From positions 1,376,001 through 1,440,000 of the forward strand of contig CAVZYA010000001.1 in assembly GCA_963779415.1 (NCBI GenBank): 64,000 nt of DNA. Direction: 5' to 3'. The position numbers were made by a program, and so were the translations under genes. The stretch comes from an uncultured Acidobacteriota bacterium. Its GTDB lineage: Bacteria; Acidobacteriota; Thermoanaerobaculia; UBA5066. Below are positions 40,823 to 50,990 of this stretch, piece by piece. Within the stretch, counting starts at the first letter, position 1, and every line of letters starts with the position of its first letter. Below the pieces are notes generated by a model. The model was not told the DNA's origin. It did no database searches and was given only the letters and a program-made list of their open reading frames with translations.

Positions 40823-41845
40823 CTAGTTGCAGTCGCACGCGGGGAGAGGGCGCCTCAGGGTGCCGCCAGTCCAGCTCGTCCGGCTGACCCCTTTGCCTCG
40901 CCTCATCTCCCGTCCCATCAACTTGACGGCGCAGCCGGATGCGTCCCTCCCGAACCAGAGCGTGTACATGGCCCCCTCCGGGCACCCGACGTAGAGCGTC
41001 GTCCACGCCTCCTCGCCCGCCAGAAGGTCCGCCAGGCTCTCTTTCACGGCAGACCGGGCTTGCTCCGGTTCTTCGCCTTTCGCGGCCAGAATCGCCACCG
41101 TCTGCTCCTCGAGCTCCGCGGCGCAGTCCGGCTTCCGCAGGTCGACTCCCTGGTCGTACCACGCCTCCGGAGGCCGGCCCGGCCCGGCTGAACAGTCCTC
41201 GGCCGCGGGATCGAGGAGCAGCGCCACCGAATCCTGCCGTTCCCAGGAACCGGAGGCCATGTCCCCCCGCTTCAGATCGCCACTCGCCCTGAAGCTGTCC
41301 GTCATGACGAGCCGCCCGTCGGCGAGCCGGAAGAGGCGGCTCTCGCGGTGCCGGCCGCCAAGATAGAGACTAGGCGAGTAGGAATCCGAATGGAGGATCC
41401 CGGCGAGGACGAGGCCCAGGACATTGCCCACAACATTGATACCGATCATCGCGCCGACGTTCGGGCGGACCTCCTTCCACGGGACGACGAGGGCACCTTC
41501 CTTCCAGCCTGCCTTGAACCTCGCCGGCAGGAAGGCCTCCTGGACCTCGACGCCGTCGCGGTTCGTGTATGTGAAGGAGACCCGCTCGGCCGTCGCCTCG
41601 ACGGAGACCTTCGTCGGCTCCCCGAGGGCCTCGACGTCGAGGAAGGGGATCAGCTTCGGATCTCGCCGGAAGGTCCGGAGATTGAAGTCGGGGCCGAAGT
41701 AGCAGAAGTCGCCGGAGAGCTGCTCGACGGTGGCCGCCTCTTTCGGCGAGGGAGGGATGAGATTCGGGGGCGGAGCGTCGGATGCACAGCCCGCCAGGGA
41801 AAGGGCCAGCAAGCAGCCGGCCGAAACGAGGCGGCGAGAGGTCAT
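40823..41845 (-). CDS. hypothetical lipoprotein
   Basis: Lipobox LAGC; GGAGG RBS; internal hydrophobic stretch. Confidence 0.65.
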   Translation of the reverse strand: MTSRRLVSAGCLLALSLAGCASDAPPPNLIPPSPKEAATVEQLSGDFCYFGPDFNLRTFRRDPKLIPFLDVEALGEPTKVSVEATAERVSFTYTNRDGVEVQEAFLPARFKAGWKEGALVVPWKEVRPNVGAMIGINVVGNVLGLVLAGILHSDSYSPSLYLGGRHRESRLFRLADGRLVMTDSFRASGDLKRGDMASGSWERQDSVALLLDPAAEDCSAGPGRPPEAWYDQGVDLRKPDCAAELEEQTVAILAAKGEEPEQARSAVKESLADLLAGEEAWTTLYVGCPEGAMYTLWFGRDASGCAVKLMGREMRRGKGVSRTSWTGGTLRRPLPACDCN

Positions 41846-42137
41846 CATTCACCTCCCCTCTCCCGATCGTCTCGGGGAAGGATTCGCCCGGCCCGCCGGA
41901 CGGAACCCCGGGCCTCTTGGGCGCCGCCGGCTCGCCGGACACTTCCAACGTAGCCTCCCGACGGCGCTGAATCCTCAGGATTTCGCAGGGTTTTTCCGGG
42001 ACCCGGGCCGTACCGCCGCCAGACGAAAAGTGGATCAGGCCTCGTTCCTGCATTCCGTTGACGTGACTTGCTCGACCCCCGGGATCGACGATCTTCACGA
42101 CCAGAGCGGCCGGGGGCAGCAACTATCATGGAACCCG

Positions 42138-42518
42138 ATGGCGGCCAAGCCGGAAAGTTCGTACCGGAAGATCTGGGCGGTCGTTTCGAAGATCCCGCGC
42201 GGCCGCGTCGCGACCTACGGACAGATCGCCCGGATGGCGGGCCTGCCGAACCATGCGCGCCTCGCGGGGTACGCGCTCCACGGCCTTCCCGCGGCGAGCC
42301 CCGTCCCGTGGCACCGCGTCGTGAACGCGAAGGGCGAGGTGAGTCCGCGCCGTGACGGCTCCGGCCACGACCGACTTCAGCGCGTGATGCTCGAGAGGGA
42401 GAAGGTCCGCTTCGACCCGAAGGGCCGAATCGACCTTGCCGCGCATCGCTGGCGGCCGGCCGACGGGCATTCGTTCCGCCTGGGGTCGGCATCTGTCTTG
42501 AAGGTCAAGGATCGGTGA
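42138..42518 (+). CDS. alkyltransferase-like (ATL, MGMT family) protein
   Basis: IPRGRVATYGQIA; PWHRV (Trp replaces the catalytic Cys). Confidence 0.88.
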   Translation: MAAKPESSYRKIWAVVSKIPRGRVATYGQIARMAGLPNHARLAGYALHGLPAASPVPWHRVVNAKGEVSPRRDGSGHDRLQRVMLEREKVRFDPKGRIDLAAHRWRPADGHSFRLGSASVLKVKDR

Positions 42519-42617
42519 CAGGCAAGGTTATCGGGGCCAAGCCGGCGCCTCGAATCACACCTTGGCAGACATGACCTCGATGGCTCAGGGATCGCCTCAA
42601 GCCATAATTGCTGGGAC

Positions 42618-43175
42618 ATGGACAGAGACACCGTGCGCCAGCTGGTCTTCATTGCGATCTTTTCCTCTTTCGCATCGAGAGCCGCGGGACAGGCCCAGCC
42701 GTCACCCGCGCCGACGCCGGACCCGACCGCGCCCCTTCGAGAGGAGGTGCAGCGGCTTCAGAAGGAAGTCGATTCCCTCGAGGCCAGGCTGCGCGAATGT
42801 TCTTCGAGCGCGCCTGCCCCGGCCGCCCTCCCGACCGCGCTCGAGATCGCCGAGTTCCGGTATCAGGAAGCGCTCGCCGCCGTGAAGGCCATCGAACAGG
42901 TCATCGGCGACCCGTACTCGAAATTCCACCGCCGTTACATCGAGGCCAAGGTGAAGATGGATGGGCTTTCGGGCTCGGGACCTCGCGAAGAGGGTCTCCG
43001 GAAGGTCATGCAGATCTTCGAAAAAGCCGATTACAAGATGAGCCTGGGGAGTGGAAACCCAAGCTCCTATGGCATGCAAGCCGGAATTGAACTCTGCGTT
43101 CGAGCACAGGCCGCGCTCGCCTCTCTGGTCGCCGCGCAGCCGAAGACAGCGGCACCCACGCAGACGACGCATTAG
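42618..43175 (+). CDS. hypothetical exported protein
   Basis: Signal-like N-terminus, coiled coil; no family recognised. Confidence 0.5.
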   Translation: MDRDTVRQLVFIAIFSSFASRAAGQAQPSPAPTPDPTAPLREEVQRLQKEVDSLEARLRECSSSAPAPAALPTALEIAEFRYQEALAAVKAIEQVIGDPYSKFHRRYIEAKVKMDGLSGSGPREEGLRKVMQIFEKADYKMSLGSGNPSSYGMQAGIELCVRAQAALASLVAAQPKTAAPTQTTH

Positions 43176-43235
43176 GAGTCGGGGCCGGCAGGTCTGACTC
43201 TCTCCGGCACAAGACCAGGTTCCTTCAGAAGCGAT

Positions 43236-43754
43236 TCAGGGACCGCTCTTGCCGCCGCTCCAGTCTTCTCGCGCGCCGGGGGGGAGTGAATCCATATGCT
43301 TCAGGAAGAGCGTCAGCTGCCAGATCTCCCCGTCGGAGAGGGAGTGGCCGTACGCCGGCATGCCGGTGAAGCGGATGCCGTGCGTGATCTTCCAGTGCGT
43401 CGTCGCCTCCGGATCGTCCTCGACGCCGTGCTTCGCCAGTTGCGGCGGGTCGGGCGTCAGGCCCTTCGCGATCGAAGAGGCCACGCCGTCGGGGCCGCCG
43501 TGACAGGTCCGACAATGCATGTTGTAGAGCATGATGCCCGCCGAGAAGTTCTCGGCGGTCGGCGGCAGCGGGTCGGTCACTCCTTTCGTCTGCCGGCCGA
43601 TCGCCGCCCGAAGCGACGCCTTTGCAACCCACCTCTCGAGCCTTCCCGGTTTCACGTCCTGTCCCATCGGCATGGCGCCGCCGGTGACGAAGAAGTAGGC
43701 GCCGGCGAGAGCCGCAACGATCGTGAGGAAGATCCCGAGAACAAATCCCTTCAT
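43236..43754 (-). CDS. membrane-anchored monoheme cytochrome c
   Basis: CRTCH; WKITHGIRFTGMPAY. Confidence 0.88.
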   Translation of the reverse strand: MKGFVLGIFLTIVAALAGAYFFVTGGAMPMGQDVKPGRLERWVAKASLRAAIGRQTKGVTDPLPPTAENFSAGIMLYNMHCRTCHGGPDGVASSIAKGLTPDPPQLAKHGVEDDPEATTHWKITHGIRFTGMPAYGHSLSDGEIWQLTLFLKHMDSLPPGAREDWSGGKSGP

Positions 43755-43813
43755 CCCGGACCCCCTTTCAAAACCTCTCGTCGGGCATCATATCGTTCAG
43801 CCTCGAAGGTCTC

Positions 43814-43883
43814 GGAGTCAGGTCTTGCACCTCTAGTCTGCGCGGTCACGGGCTTTCGCTGCTTCACACGAAAGCAGACCTGA
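43814..43883. repeat. REP doublet GGAGTCAGGTCTTGCACCTCTAGTCTG ... GCAGACCTGA
   Basis: Near-identical to the repeat at the RAYT 3' end, with an inverted partial partner. Confidence 0.75.
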
Positions 43884-43999
43884 GCGCTGGTCCTTCGCCG
43901 GCGGGCGATGAGAACGAGTCGCAGGCGCCTCTTCGATATGATCCGGCCGGTCCGTCTCCAGCCAGGGATTGAAGCCGTGAACGAACGACCGAGGTCACG

Positions 44000-45016
44000 A
44001 TGAAAACACCGAAGACGAGCTTCCCTCCGGCGACTCTCCTTCTCCTGCTGCCTCTCCTCTTGCCGCTCCGGGCGCTCTCCGACGACGCCCTTGGGACGCT
44101 GACGGTCCTCGGGAAGACGACGATCCTCAAGGAGGTCGCCGCCGCGGAGCAGTCCGACCCGGAGAGCGAGTCCGTCCGGTGGCTCGTCATCCTGGCGTCC
44201 GACCGGAAGGTCGAGGAAGGAGATCGCTCCCCCGCGCGGCTCCTCGACCTCGCGCGAGCCGGCAGGCTGCACGCCGTGAGGATTCTCTGGAAGGTGGGGA
44301 CGGACACCGTGCGCGCCGTGCCGTACGACGCGGCCTTTCCGCAGAGCGGCCGGATGGCGCTCGAGCGTCCGACGATCGACCTGCGCCGATTCGGCAGCGG
44401 GCGGGTCGACGCCGAGTTCCAGTCGAAGATGACCGGTCAGAGCTGGTTCTTCCACGCGAACGTGAAGGCAGCCGTCGCCTCTGGCGGCGTCGCGGAGCTG
44501 GAGCCGGAGGCCGACGAGACCGCCGAGGCTTCCGCGCCCGCCGGAGGCGCGGGCGGAAGCGGCGACACGCCGAAGAAGCTGGCCCTCGGGAAGCTCGGCT
44601 ACGAGTACACCGAGTCGATGTTCGGGCACGCCGTTGCCGACGGAAACCTCGACGCCGTCCGCCTCTTCCTCGAGATCGGGATGTCCCCGAACGCCCGCGA
44701 AAAGGGCGACGCGCACCCGATGCTTCTCGCCGCGCAGCTCTGCACGGACGAGTCCTCTCTCAAGCCCCGATCCGGAGTGCTCGAGGCGCTCGTCGCCGCC
44801 GGCGGAGACGTGAAGGCGAAGGACGACAACGCCTCGACGCCGCTTCTCTGGGCGGTGCAGACCGGCTGCTCGCCAGCCGCGATCCGGGCGCTCCTGAAAG
44901 CCGGCGCCGACCCGAACGCCCGGGCGAAGGCCGGCGCCACGCCCCTGATGTTCGCCGAGATCTTCCAGCGCACGGAGATCGCCGAGATCCTGCGGAGCGC
45001 CGGGGCGAAGAAGTGA
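44000..45016 (+). CDS. exported ankyrin-repeat protein
   Basis: Signal peptide; TPLLWA, LLKAGADPNA, TPLMFA. Confidence 0.8.
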   Translation: MKTPKTSFPPATLLLLLPLLLPLRALSDDALGTLTVLGKTTILKEVAAAEQSDPESESVRWLVILASDRKVEEGDRSPARLLDLARAGRLHAVRILWKVGTDTVRAVPYDAAFPQSGRMALERPTIDLRRFGSGRVDAEFQSKMTGQSWFFHANVKAAVASGGVAELEPEADETAEASAPAGGAGGSGDTPKKLALGKLGYEYTESMFGHAVADGNLDAVRLFLEIGMSPNAREKGDAHPMLLAAQLCTDESSLKPRSGVLEALVAAGGDVKAKDDNASTPLLWAVQTGCSPAAIRALLKAGADPNARAKAGATPLMFAEIFQRTEIAEILRSAGAKK

Positions 45017-45125
45017 GTCGGGGAAGGGCGCGGCCGCGCCAACTTCCAATGAGACTGGGTCTCGTCTTCCTATAAGATTCGCCTCCGGGGCCCGACGTTC
45101 CCGGAAGGAAGGCGATGGGTCTTTC

Positions 45126-46292
45126 GTGACGAGCGCCGCGAGGTTCGACGGGGCGGTCCTCTCCCGCGAGGAGGTGATGCGCTACTCGAGGCACCTCCTT
45201 CTCCCCGAGGTCGGGATGCGGGGGCAGGAACGGCTCAGGAAGGGAAGCGTCCTCCTCGTGGGGGCGGGCGGGCTCGGCTCGCCGGCGGCCCTCTACCTCG
45301 CGGCGGCGGGCGTCGGGCGGATCGGGCTCGTCGACTTCGACGTCGTCGAAGAGTCGAACCTCCAGCGGCAGATCCTCCACGACTCGCGCTGGCTCGGGAA
45401 GCCCAAGCTCGAGAGCGCGGCAGACCGGCTTCGTGCTCTGAACCCGCACGTCGAGGTCGTCCTCTTCCCCGAGCGGCTCACCGCCGGGAACGCCTTCCCG
45501 ATCCTGGACGGCTTCGACGTCGTCCTCGACGGAACCGACAACTTCGCGACCCGTTACCTGACGAACGACGCCTGCTTCCTCGCCGGAAAGCCGAACGTCT
45601 ACGGGTCGATCTTCCGCTTCGAAGGACAGGTCAGCGTCTTCTGGCCGGGGAAGGGGCCGTGCTACCGGTGCCTCTACCCGGAGCCCCCCCCGCCGGGACT
45701 CGTCCCGAGCTGCGCGGAGGGGGGAGTCCTCGGCGTCCTCCCGGGGGTCATCGGCTCGCTGCAGGCCACCGAGGCGATCAAGATCCTCCTCGGCGTCGGG
45801 CGGTCGCTCGCGGGGCGTCTCGTCCTCTATGACGCCCTCGACCTCTCGTTCCGGGAACTGAAGCTGAAGCCCGACCCCGCGTGCCCGCTCTGCGGAGAGA
45901 ACCCGACGATCACGGGGCTCGTCGACTACGACGAGCTCTGCGGCCTCGTCCGCGGGGAGGACGCCGCCCACGAAGGCTCGGAGATCTCCGTCGCCGTCCT
46001 GAAGGAGTGGCTCGACCGCGGAGAGAACGTCCGGATTCTCGACGTCCGCGAGCCCCCCGAGACGGAGATCTGCTCGATCGCGGGGGCGCGCCTGATCCCG
46101 CTGGCGAGCCTCCCGGAGCGGCTCGGCGAGATCGAGCCGGAGGTCCCGCTCGTCGTCTACTGCCACGTGGGCGTCCGGTCGGCCCACGCCGTCCGGTTCC
46201 TGAGATCGGCGGGGCTCGCGAGAACCTACAACCTGAAGGGAGGGATCCTCGCCTGGGCGCGGGAGATCGATCCGTCCCTCGCGACGTACTGA
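45126..46292 (+). CDS. moeB: MoeB/MoeZ adenylyltransferase-rhodanese (E1-like)
   Basis: RYSRH, GAGGLG, SNLQRQ, CYRC, SCAEGG, CPLC; rhodanese CHVGVRS. Confidence 0.92.
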   Translation: MTSAARFDGAVLSREEVMRYSRHLLLPEVGMRGQERLRKGSVLLVGAGGLGSPAALYLAAAGVGRIGLVDFDVVEESNLQRQILHDSRWLGKPKLESAADRLRALNPHVEVVLFPERLTAGNAFPILDGFDVVLDGTDNFATRYLTNDACFLAGKPNVYGSIFRFEGQVSVFWPGKGPCYRCLYPEPPPPGLVPSCAEGGVLGVLPGVIGSLQATEAIKILLGVGRSLAGRLVLYDALDLSFRELKLKPDPACPLCGENPTITGLVDYDELCGLVRGEDAAHEGSEISVAVLKEWLDRGENVRILDVREPPETEICSIAGARLIPLASLPERLGEIEPEVPLVVYCHVGVRSAHAVRFLRSAGLARTYNLKGGILAWAREIDPSLATY

Positions 46293-46337
46293 CCTGGGCG
46301 GCCACGACAGACGAGTCGCCAGCGGAAGGGAGGAAAC

Positions 46338-47516
46338 ATGAGCGGAGTCAGGGTGCTCGTCGGGACACGCAAGGGCGCGTTCGTCCTGACGTCGGACGGG
46401 AAGCGCAAGCGATGGAAGGTCAGCGGCCCCCACTTCGCCGGCTGGGAGGTCTACCACCTCAAGGGATCGCCGGCCGACCCGGACCGCCTCTACGCGTCGC
46501 AGTCCAGCGGCTGGTTCGGGCAGGTGATCCAGCGCTCCGACGACGGCGGAAAGACGTGGGAGGCGCCCGGAGGCGGCGTTACGAAGTCGCCGGAAGGCTT
46601 CCCCCAAGGCGAGAGCAACAAGTTCGTCTACGACGTCTCGCCAGGCACCGGACGGCCCCTGACGACCCACCAGTTTTACGACGGTACGCAGCACCCCTGG
46701 GAGTTCAAGCGCGTCTGGCACCTCGAGCCCTCGCCCACCGATCCGGAGACGGTCTTTGCCGGAGTCGAGGACGCCGCCCTCTTCCGCTCGGTCAACGGCG
46801 GTCAGACGTGGCAGGAGCTTCCCGGACTCCGCGGCCACGAAACGGGGCCGCGCTGGCAGCCGGGTGCCGGAGGGATGTGCCTGCACACCATCCTTCTCGA
46901 CCCGAGCAACCCCGGGAGGATCTACATTGCCATCTCGGCGGCCGGCGCTTTCCGGACCGACGACGGCGGCATCACCTGGCGGCCGATCAACCGCGGCCTG
47001 AGGTCCGAGCAGATTCCCGATCCGAACGCCGAGGTCGGCCACTGCGTCCACCGGATCGCGATGCACCCCTCGCGCCCGAACGTCCTCTTCATGCAGAAGC
47101 ACTGGGACGTCATGCGGAGTGACGATGCCGGGGAGTCGTGGCGCGAGATCAGCGGAAACCTCCCGACCGACTTCGGCTTCCCGATCGACGTCCACGCGCA
47201 CGAGCCGGAGACGATCTACGTCGTCCCGATCAAGAGCGACTCGGAGCACTATCCGCCCAACGGCAGGCTGCGCGTCTACCGGAGCCGGACGGGGGGAAAC
47301 GAGTGGGAGGCGCTCACGAAAGGGCTGCCGCAGCGGAACTGCTACGTCAACGTGCTGCGTGACGCGATGGCCGTCGACGCGATCGATCCATGCGGCGTCT
47401 ACTTCGGCACGACCGGCGGGCAGGTCTACGCCTCGGCGGACGCCGGCGACAGGTGGAGCCCCATCGTCCGGAATCTTCCGGCGGTCCTCTCGGTCGAGGT
47501 CCAGACGCTGCCATGA
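46338..47516 (+). CDS. BNR/Asp-box beta-propeller (sialidase-like fold) protein
   Basis: Repeated S.D.G.TW boxes; no signal peptide. Confidence 0.85.
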   Translation: MSGVRVLVGTRKGAFVLTSDGKRKRWKVSGPHFAGWEVYHLKGSPADPDRLYASQSSGWFGQVIQRSDDGGKTWEAPGGGVTKSPEGFPQGESNKFVYDVSPGTGRPLTTHQFYDGTQHPWEFKRVWHLEPSPTDPETVFAGVEDAALFRSVNGGQTWQELPGLRGHETGPRWQPGAGGMCLHTILLDPSNPGRIYIAISAAGAFRTDDGGITWRPINRGLRSEQIPDPNAEVGHCVHRIAMHPSRPNVLFMQKHWDVMRSDDAGESWREISGNLPTDFGFPIDVHAHEPETIYVVPIKSDSEHYPPNGRLRVYRSRTGGNEWEALTKGLPQRNCYVNVLRDAMAVDAIDPCGVYFGTTGGQVYASADAGDRWSPIVRNLPAVLSVEVQTLP

Positions 47517-47809
47517 TCCGGGTCGTCCTCCCGCCACACCTCCGGACGCTCGCGCGCGTCGGCCGCGAGGTGACGCTCGACGTCGAGGGTCCGGCCACGC
47601 CGCGCTCCGTCCTCGACGCCCTCGAGGCCCGCTACCCGATGCTGCGCGGGACGATCCGCGACCACGTCACGCGGGAGCGCCGGGCGTTCGTCCGGTTCTT
47701 CGCCTGCGCCGAGGACCTGTCCCACGAACCGGCGGACGCCCCGCTCCCCGAGGCGGTCACGACCGGCAAGGAGCCCTTCCTCATCGTCGGGGCCATGGCG
47801 GGAGGCTAG
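47513..47809 (+). CDS. MoaD/ThiS ubiquitin-like sulfur carrier
   Basis: Beta-grasp pattern, C-terminal AMAGG; overlaps the BNR stop (ATGA). Confidence 0.88.
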   Translation: MIRVVLPPHLRTLARVGREVTLDVEGPATPRSVLDALEARYPMLRGTIRDHVTRERRAFVRFFACAEDLSHEPADAPLPEAVTTGKEPFLIVGAMAGG

Positions 47810-47859
47810 GAAGTCTCGCCCGGACGGGAGACGAAAATCTGCGCCGCTAGAATCCGGGC

Positions 47860-48624
47860 GTGAGCGTCCGCTACGAGATCGAGGGGGCGGTCGCGGTCGT
47901 CACGATCGACCGGCCGGAATCGAAGAACGCCGTCGACGGCCCGACGGCCGCCGAGCTGGCCGAGGCGTTCCGGCGGTTCGAGGGGGAGGAGGCGGCCGCC
48001 GTGGCGGTCCTGACGGGGGCCGGCGGAACGTTCTGCGCGGGGGCCGACCTGAAAGCCCTCGGGACGGCCCGGGGGAACCGGCTCGAGACCGACGGTGACG
48101 GCCCGATGGGCCCGACGCGCCTTTCGCTCACGAAGCCCGTCATCGCGGCAATCGAAGGCTTCGCGGTGGCGGGAGGGCTGGAGCTGGCGCTCTGGTGCGA
48201 CCTCCGCGTGGCCGCGCGCGACGCCGTCCTCGGGGTCTTCTGCCGGCGCTTCGGCGTCCCTCTCGTCGACGGCGGGACCGTGCGGCTTCCGCGCCTCGTC
48301 GGCATGAGCCACGCCCTCGACCTGATCCTGACCGGGCGCCCGGTCTCGGGAGACGAAGCCCTCCGCATGGGACTCGTCAACCGGCTCGTCGAGCCCGGCC
48401 GGGCGCTTGCGGCGGCCGTCGCCGAAGCACAGGCGCTCGCGCGCCTGCCGCAGCGCTGCCTTCGGTCGGACCGGCTGTCGGCCTACGAGCAGTGGAATCT
48501 GGCGCTCCCCGCCGCCCTCGAGAACGAGCTGCGGAGGGGAGAAGAGGTCCTTTCTTCGGGCGAATCTGCCGCGGGGGCGGCCCGATTCGCCTCCGGCGCC
48601 GGTCGTCACGGCGAGCCCGAGTAG
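47860..48624 (+). CDS. enoyl-CoA hydratase/crotonase family protein
   Basis: FCAGADLK, KPVIAAIEGFAVAGGLELAL. Confidence 0.9.
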   Translation: MSVRYEIEGAVAVVTIDRPESKNAVDGPTAAELAEAFRRFEGEEAAAVAVLTGAGGTFCAGADLKALGTARGNRLETDGDGPMGPTRLSLTKPVIAAIEGFAVAGGLELALWCDLRVAARDAVLGVFCRRFGVPLVDGGTVRLPRLVGMSHALDLILTGRPVSGDEALRMGLVNRLVEPGRALAAAVAEAQALARLPQRCLRSDRLSAYEQWNLALPAALENELRRGEEVLSSGESAAGAARFASGAGRHGEPE

Positions 48625-48655
48625 CCCGCGAGCCGAGATCGGGCTCTCGTGCCGC

Positions 48656-49666
48656 TTACTGCATCAAGCGCCTGACTCCGGCGCAGATCCGCTCTCTGTT
48701 GGGGAGGCACTCGGTCTCCAGACGACGCGCGTACGGGATGGTCGTCTGCGTGCAGACCCGGGCATACCGGAAGGAGACCCCGGCCTCGAGGACCGCGGCG
48801 GCCACCTCCCCGGAGAGACCGAAGCCTTCGTAATCCTCGTCGACCACCAGCAGACGCCCGGTCCGCGCCACCGCTTCGCAGACGGTCCCCTTGTCGAGTG
48901 GAGCCACCGTCCGCAGGTCGATCACGCCGGCCGCAATTCCCTCCGCCTCGACCACCCGCGCCGCCTCCACGGCGCGGTGCACGCCGACCCCGACGCTGAC
49001 GATGGTCACGTCACTCCCCGACCGGCGAAACGCGGCCTTTCCGATCGGGAGAGGCTCCCATTCGTCCGGCACGTCGCTTCGGGTTCCCCCGGAGGGGACG
49101 TCGAACTCGACCGTGCGCCGCCCTCCCGAGCCGAGAAACTCGAGCCACATCTCGGACAGCAGCTTGTGCTCGAGAAAGACGGTCGGCCCGTCGTGCCGGA
49201 GCGCGGCCAGCATCAGCCCGCCCGCGTCGGCCGGCGTCGACGGCACCAGGACCGTCAGCCCCGGGATGTGCGCCAGCCAGCCCCACAGCGACTGTCCGTG
49301 CTGCCCTCCGTCGCCGTAGCCGCCGCCGCACCCAGCGCGCACCACGACCGGAGCGTTCCACCGGCCCCCGGTGAACGCCTCCACCTTGGCCGCGTGGTTG
49401 AGAAGCGCGTCCATGCACACTCCCAGAAAATCCACCATGTAGATCTCGACGACCGGGCGCAGTCCGGACATCGCCGCCGCCACGCCGGCCCCCAGAAGAG
49501 CGCTCTCGCTGATGGGAGCACCCCGGACGCGCCCGGGACCGAACCGCACGAGGAGGTTTCGGCGCAGAAGGGGGATGTCCTCGCCCAGGAGGACGACGCG
49601 AGGGTCCTCGGCCATCGCATGGGCCAGCGCGTCGTCGATCGCTTCCGTGAATGACATCTCCCTCAT
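48656..49666 (-). CDS. 2-oxoacid/acetoin dehydrogenase E1 beta-like subunit
   Basis: GEDI, APISE, GLRPVVEI, IDLRTVAPLD. Confidence 0.88.
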   Translation of the reverse strand: MREMSFTEAIDDALAHAMAEDPRVVLLGEDIPLLRRNLLVRFGPGRVRGAPISESALLGAGVAAAMSGLRPVVEIYMVDFLGVCMDALLNHAAKVEAFTGGRWNAPVVVRAGCGGGYGDGGQHGQSLWGWLAHIPGLTVLVPSTPADAGGLMLAALRHDGPTVFLEHKLLSEMWLEFLGSGGRRTVEFDVPSGGTRSDVPDEWEPLPIGKAAFRRSGSDVTIVSVGVGVHRAVEAARVVEAEGIAAGVIDLRTVAPLDKGTVCEAVARTGRLLVVDEDYEGFGLSGEVAAAVLEAGVSFRYARVCTQTTIPYARRLETECLPNRERICAGVRRLMQ

Positions 49667-50691
49667 GACGCCACCGGCTCCAAGGCCGCCTCGAGCGCGT
49701 CTCCCGCCTCCCTCTCGATCCTGCGTTCCAGCTCCTGCAGGCGGAGCGGGGCCGACTCCAGGTGCGCCCGCGCCCGCCGAAGCGGGTCGCTCGCCGGCTC
49801 GCGGCGCGGATCGCGCAGCGTCGAGATCACGGCCGCGAGAACCGTCCTGAGCCCCGCAAGGCGCTCTCGCACGGCCGCCCCGCCCGGACGCAGGATCGAG
49901 CGCGTGAGCGCGCCCGCGACGGCCGGCATCTCCCGGACCGGATCGCGCACCATTCGGATCAGCTGATAACCAAGGAAGTGGCCTTCGAAATGAATGCACC
50001 GCGCGTGAAGGAACGCCGGGCCCTGACCGGAGCGCGCGCGCTCGAGCGCCGCGTACGCCGCTTCCCACACCTCGGAGACGTCGCCCCCGTCGATCTCCGA
50101 GAAGGCGAGGCCAAGTCCGCGCGCCCGTTCGCCGAAAGACCCGCCGGTGACGCTCTCGGATCGTGTCGTGATGGCCCATCCGTCGTCCTTGCAGACGAAC
50201 AGCACGGGCAGGCGCCAGGCGGACGCGAGGTTCATCGACTCCATCAACATCCCCTGGTTCATGGCGCCATCTCCAAAGAAGGCGATGGCGACCGCGCCGG
50301 GGCGAAGGGACTCGGCGGACAGCGCGAAGCCGACGGCAGTCGGCCCCGCGGCGCCGACGATTCCCGAAGAGGCCGCGAGGTGCTGCCGCGAAAAGAGGTG
50401 CATGTGTCCGCCCCGGCCGCCGCAGAGACCTCGCGGGTAGCCGAGCAGCTCCCGAAGGATCAGGACGGGATCGACGCCGCGCATGAGCAGGGCCGCGGTG
50501 CCGCGGTGATCCAGCGCCATGGCGTCGCCGTCGCGTAACTGGCTCACGACCCCCGCGATGGTCGCCTCTTCGCCCGTTCCGAGATGCATCTCGCCGGAGA
50601 TCAATCCGTCATGCCAGAGCCGGGCAACGGCCTCCTCGACCACGCGGCTCCTGAGCATCAGGGGATAGAGGGACCAGAGGTCCGCCGGCAT
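49663..50691 (-). CDS. 2-oxoacid/acetoin dehydrogenase E1 alpha-like subunit
   Basis: HLGTGEEA, GRGGHMH, FGDGA. Confidence 0.88.
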   Translation of the reverse strand: MPADLWSLYPLMLRSRVVEEAVARLWHDGLISGEMHLGTGEEATIAGVVSQLRDGDAMALDHRGTAALLMRGVDPVLILRELLGYPRGLCGGRGGHMHLFSRQHLAASSGIVGAAGPTAVGFALSAESLRPGAVAIAFFGDGAMNQGMLMESMNLASAWRLPVLFVCKDDGWAITTRSESVTGGSFGERARGLGLAFSEIDGGDVSEVWEAAYAALERARSGQGPAFLHARCIHFEGHFLGYQLIRMVRDPVREMPAVAGALTRSILRPGGAAVRERLAGLRTVLAAVISTLRDPRREPASDPLRRARAHLESAPLRLQELERRIEREAGDALEAALEPVAS

Positions 50692-50735
50692 GATCTCCTC
50701 CCCGAGTCGTCCCCGGAAGAGGATATCGCCTTCTG

Positions 50736-50794
50736 GCAAGGCCGCCCGAGGCGTGGACAAGTATCTGATGTACGGGGAGACGTATCTGCCATGA
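50736..50794 (+). pseudogene. third copy of the gltD 3' end
   Basis: Encodes [18 protein letters not shown], identical peptide with 7 synonymous changes. Confidence 0.9.
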
Positions 50795-50834
50795 CCGACC
50801 CGTCCTGGTCTCGCGGAAGGAAGAGCCATAAGAG

Positions 50835-50978
50835 ATGGGCCGCACCGCGGACCGCCGGCGCCTGCAGAACCTCGAAGGCGAAGAAGACCTCAAGGACACC
50901 CGTTCCGCGCGCGTCGAGATGAAACGGAAGGGAACGGTCTCCTGGGAGAAGGTCAAGGCGGACCTGGGACTGAAGTAG
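50835..50978 (+). pseudogene. internally deleted copy of the antitoxin (47-aa ORF)
   Basis: MGRTADRRRLQNLEGEEDLKDTRSARVEMKRKGTVSWEKVKADLGLK* aligns with the C-half of 39999-40256; followed by the toxin start GTGGCGGCC. Confidence 0.8.
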
Positions 50979-50990
50979 CCCGTGGCGGCC

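Noticed and set aside
45057-45068. GGGTCTCGTCTT (and CAGGTCTGACTC at about 43189) as REP copies
   Set aside because: Too short and degenerate to separate from chance; no tandem scar.
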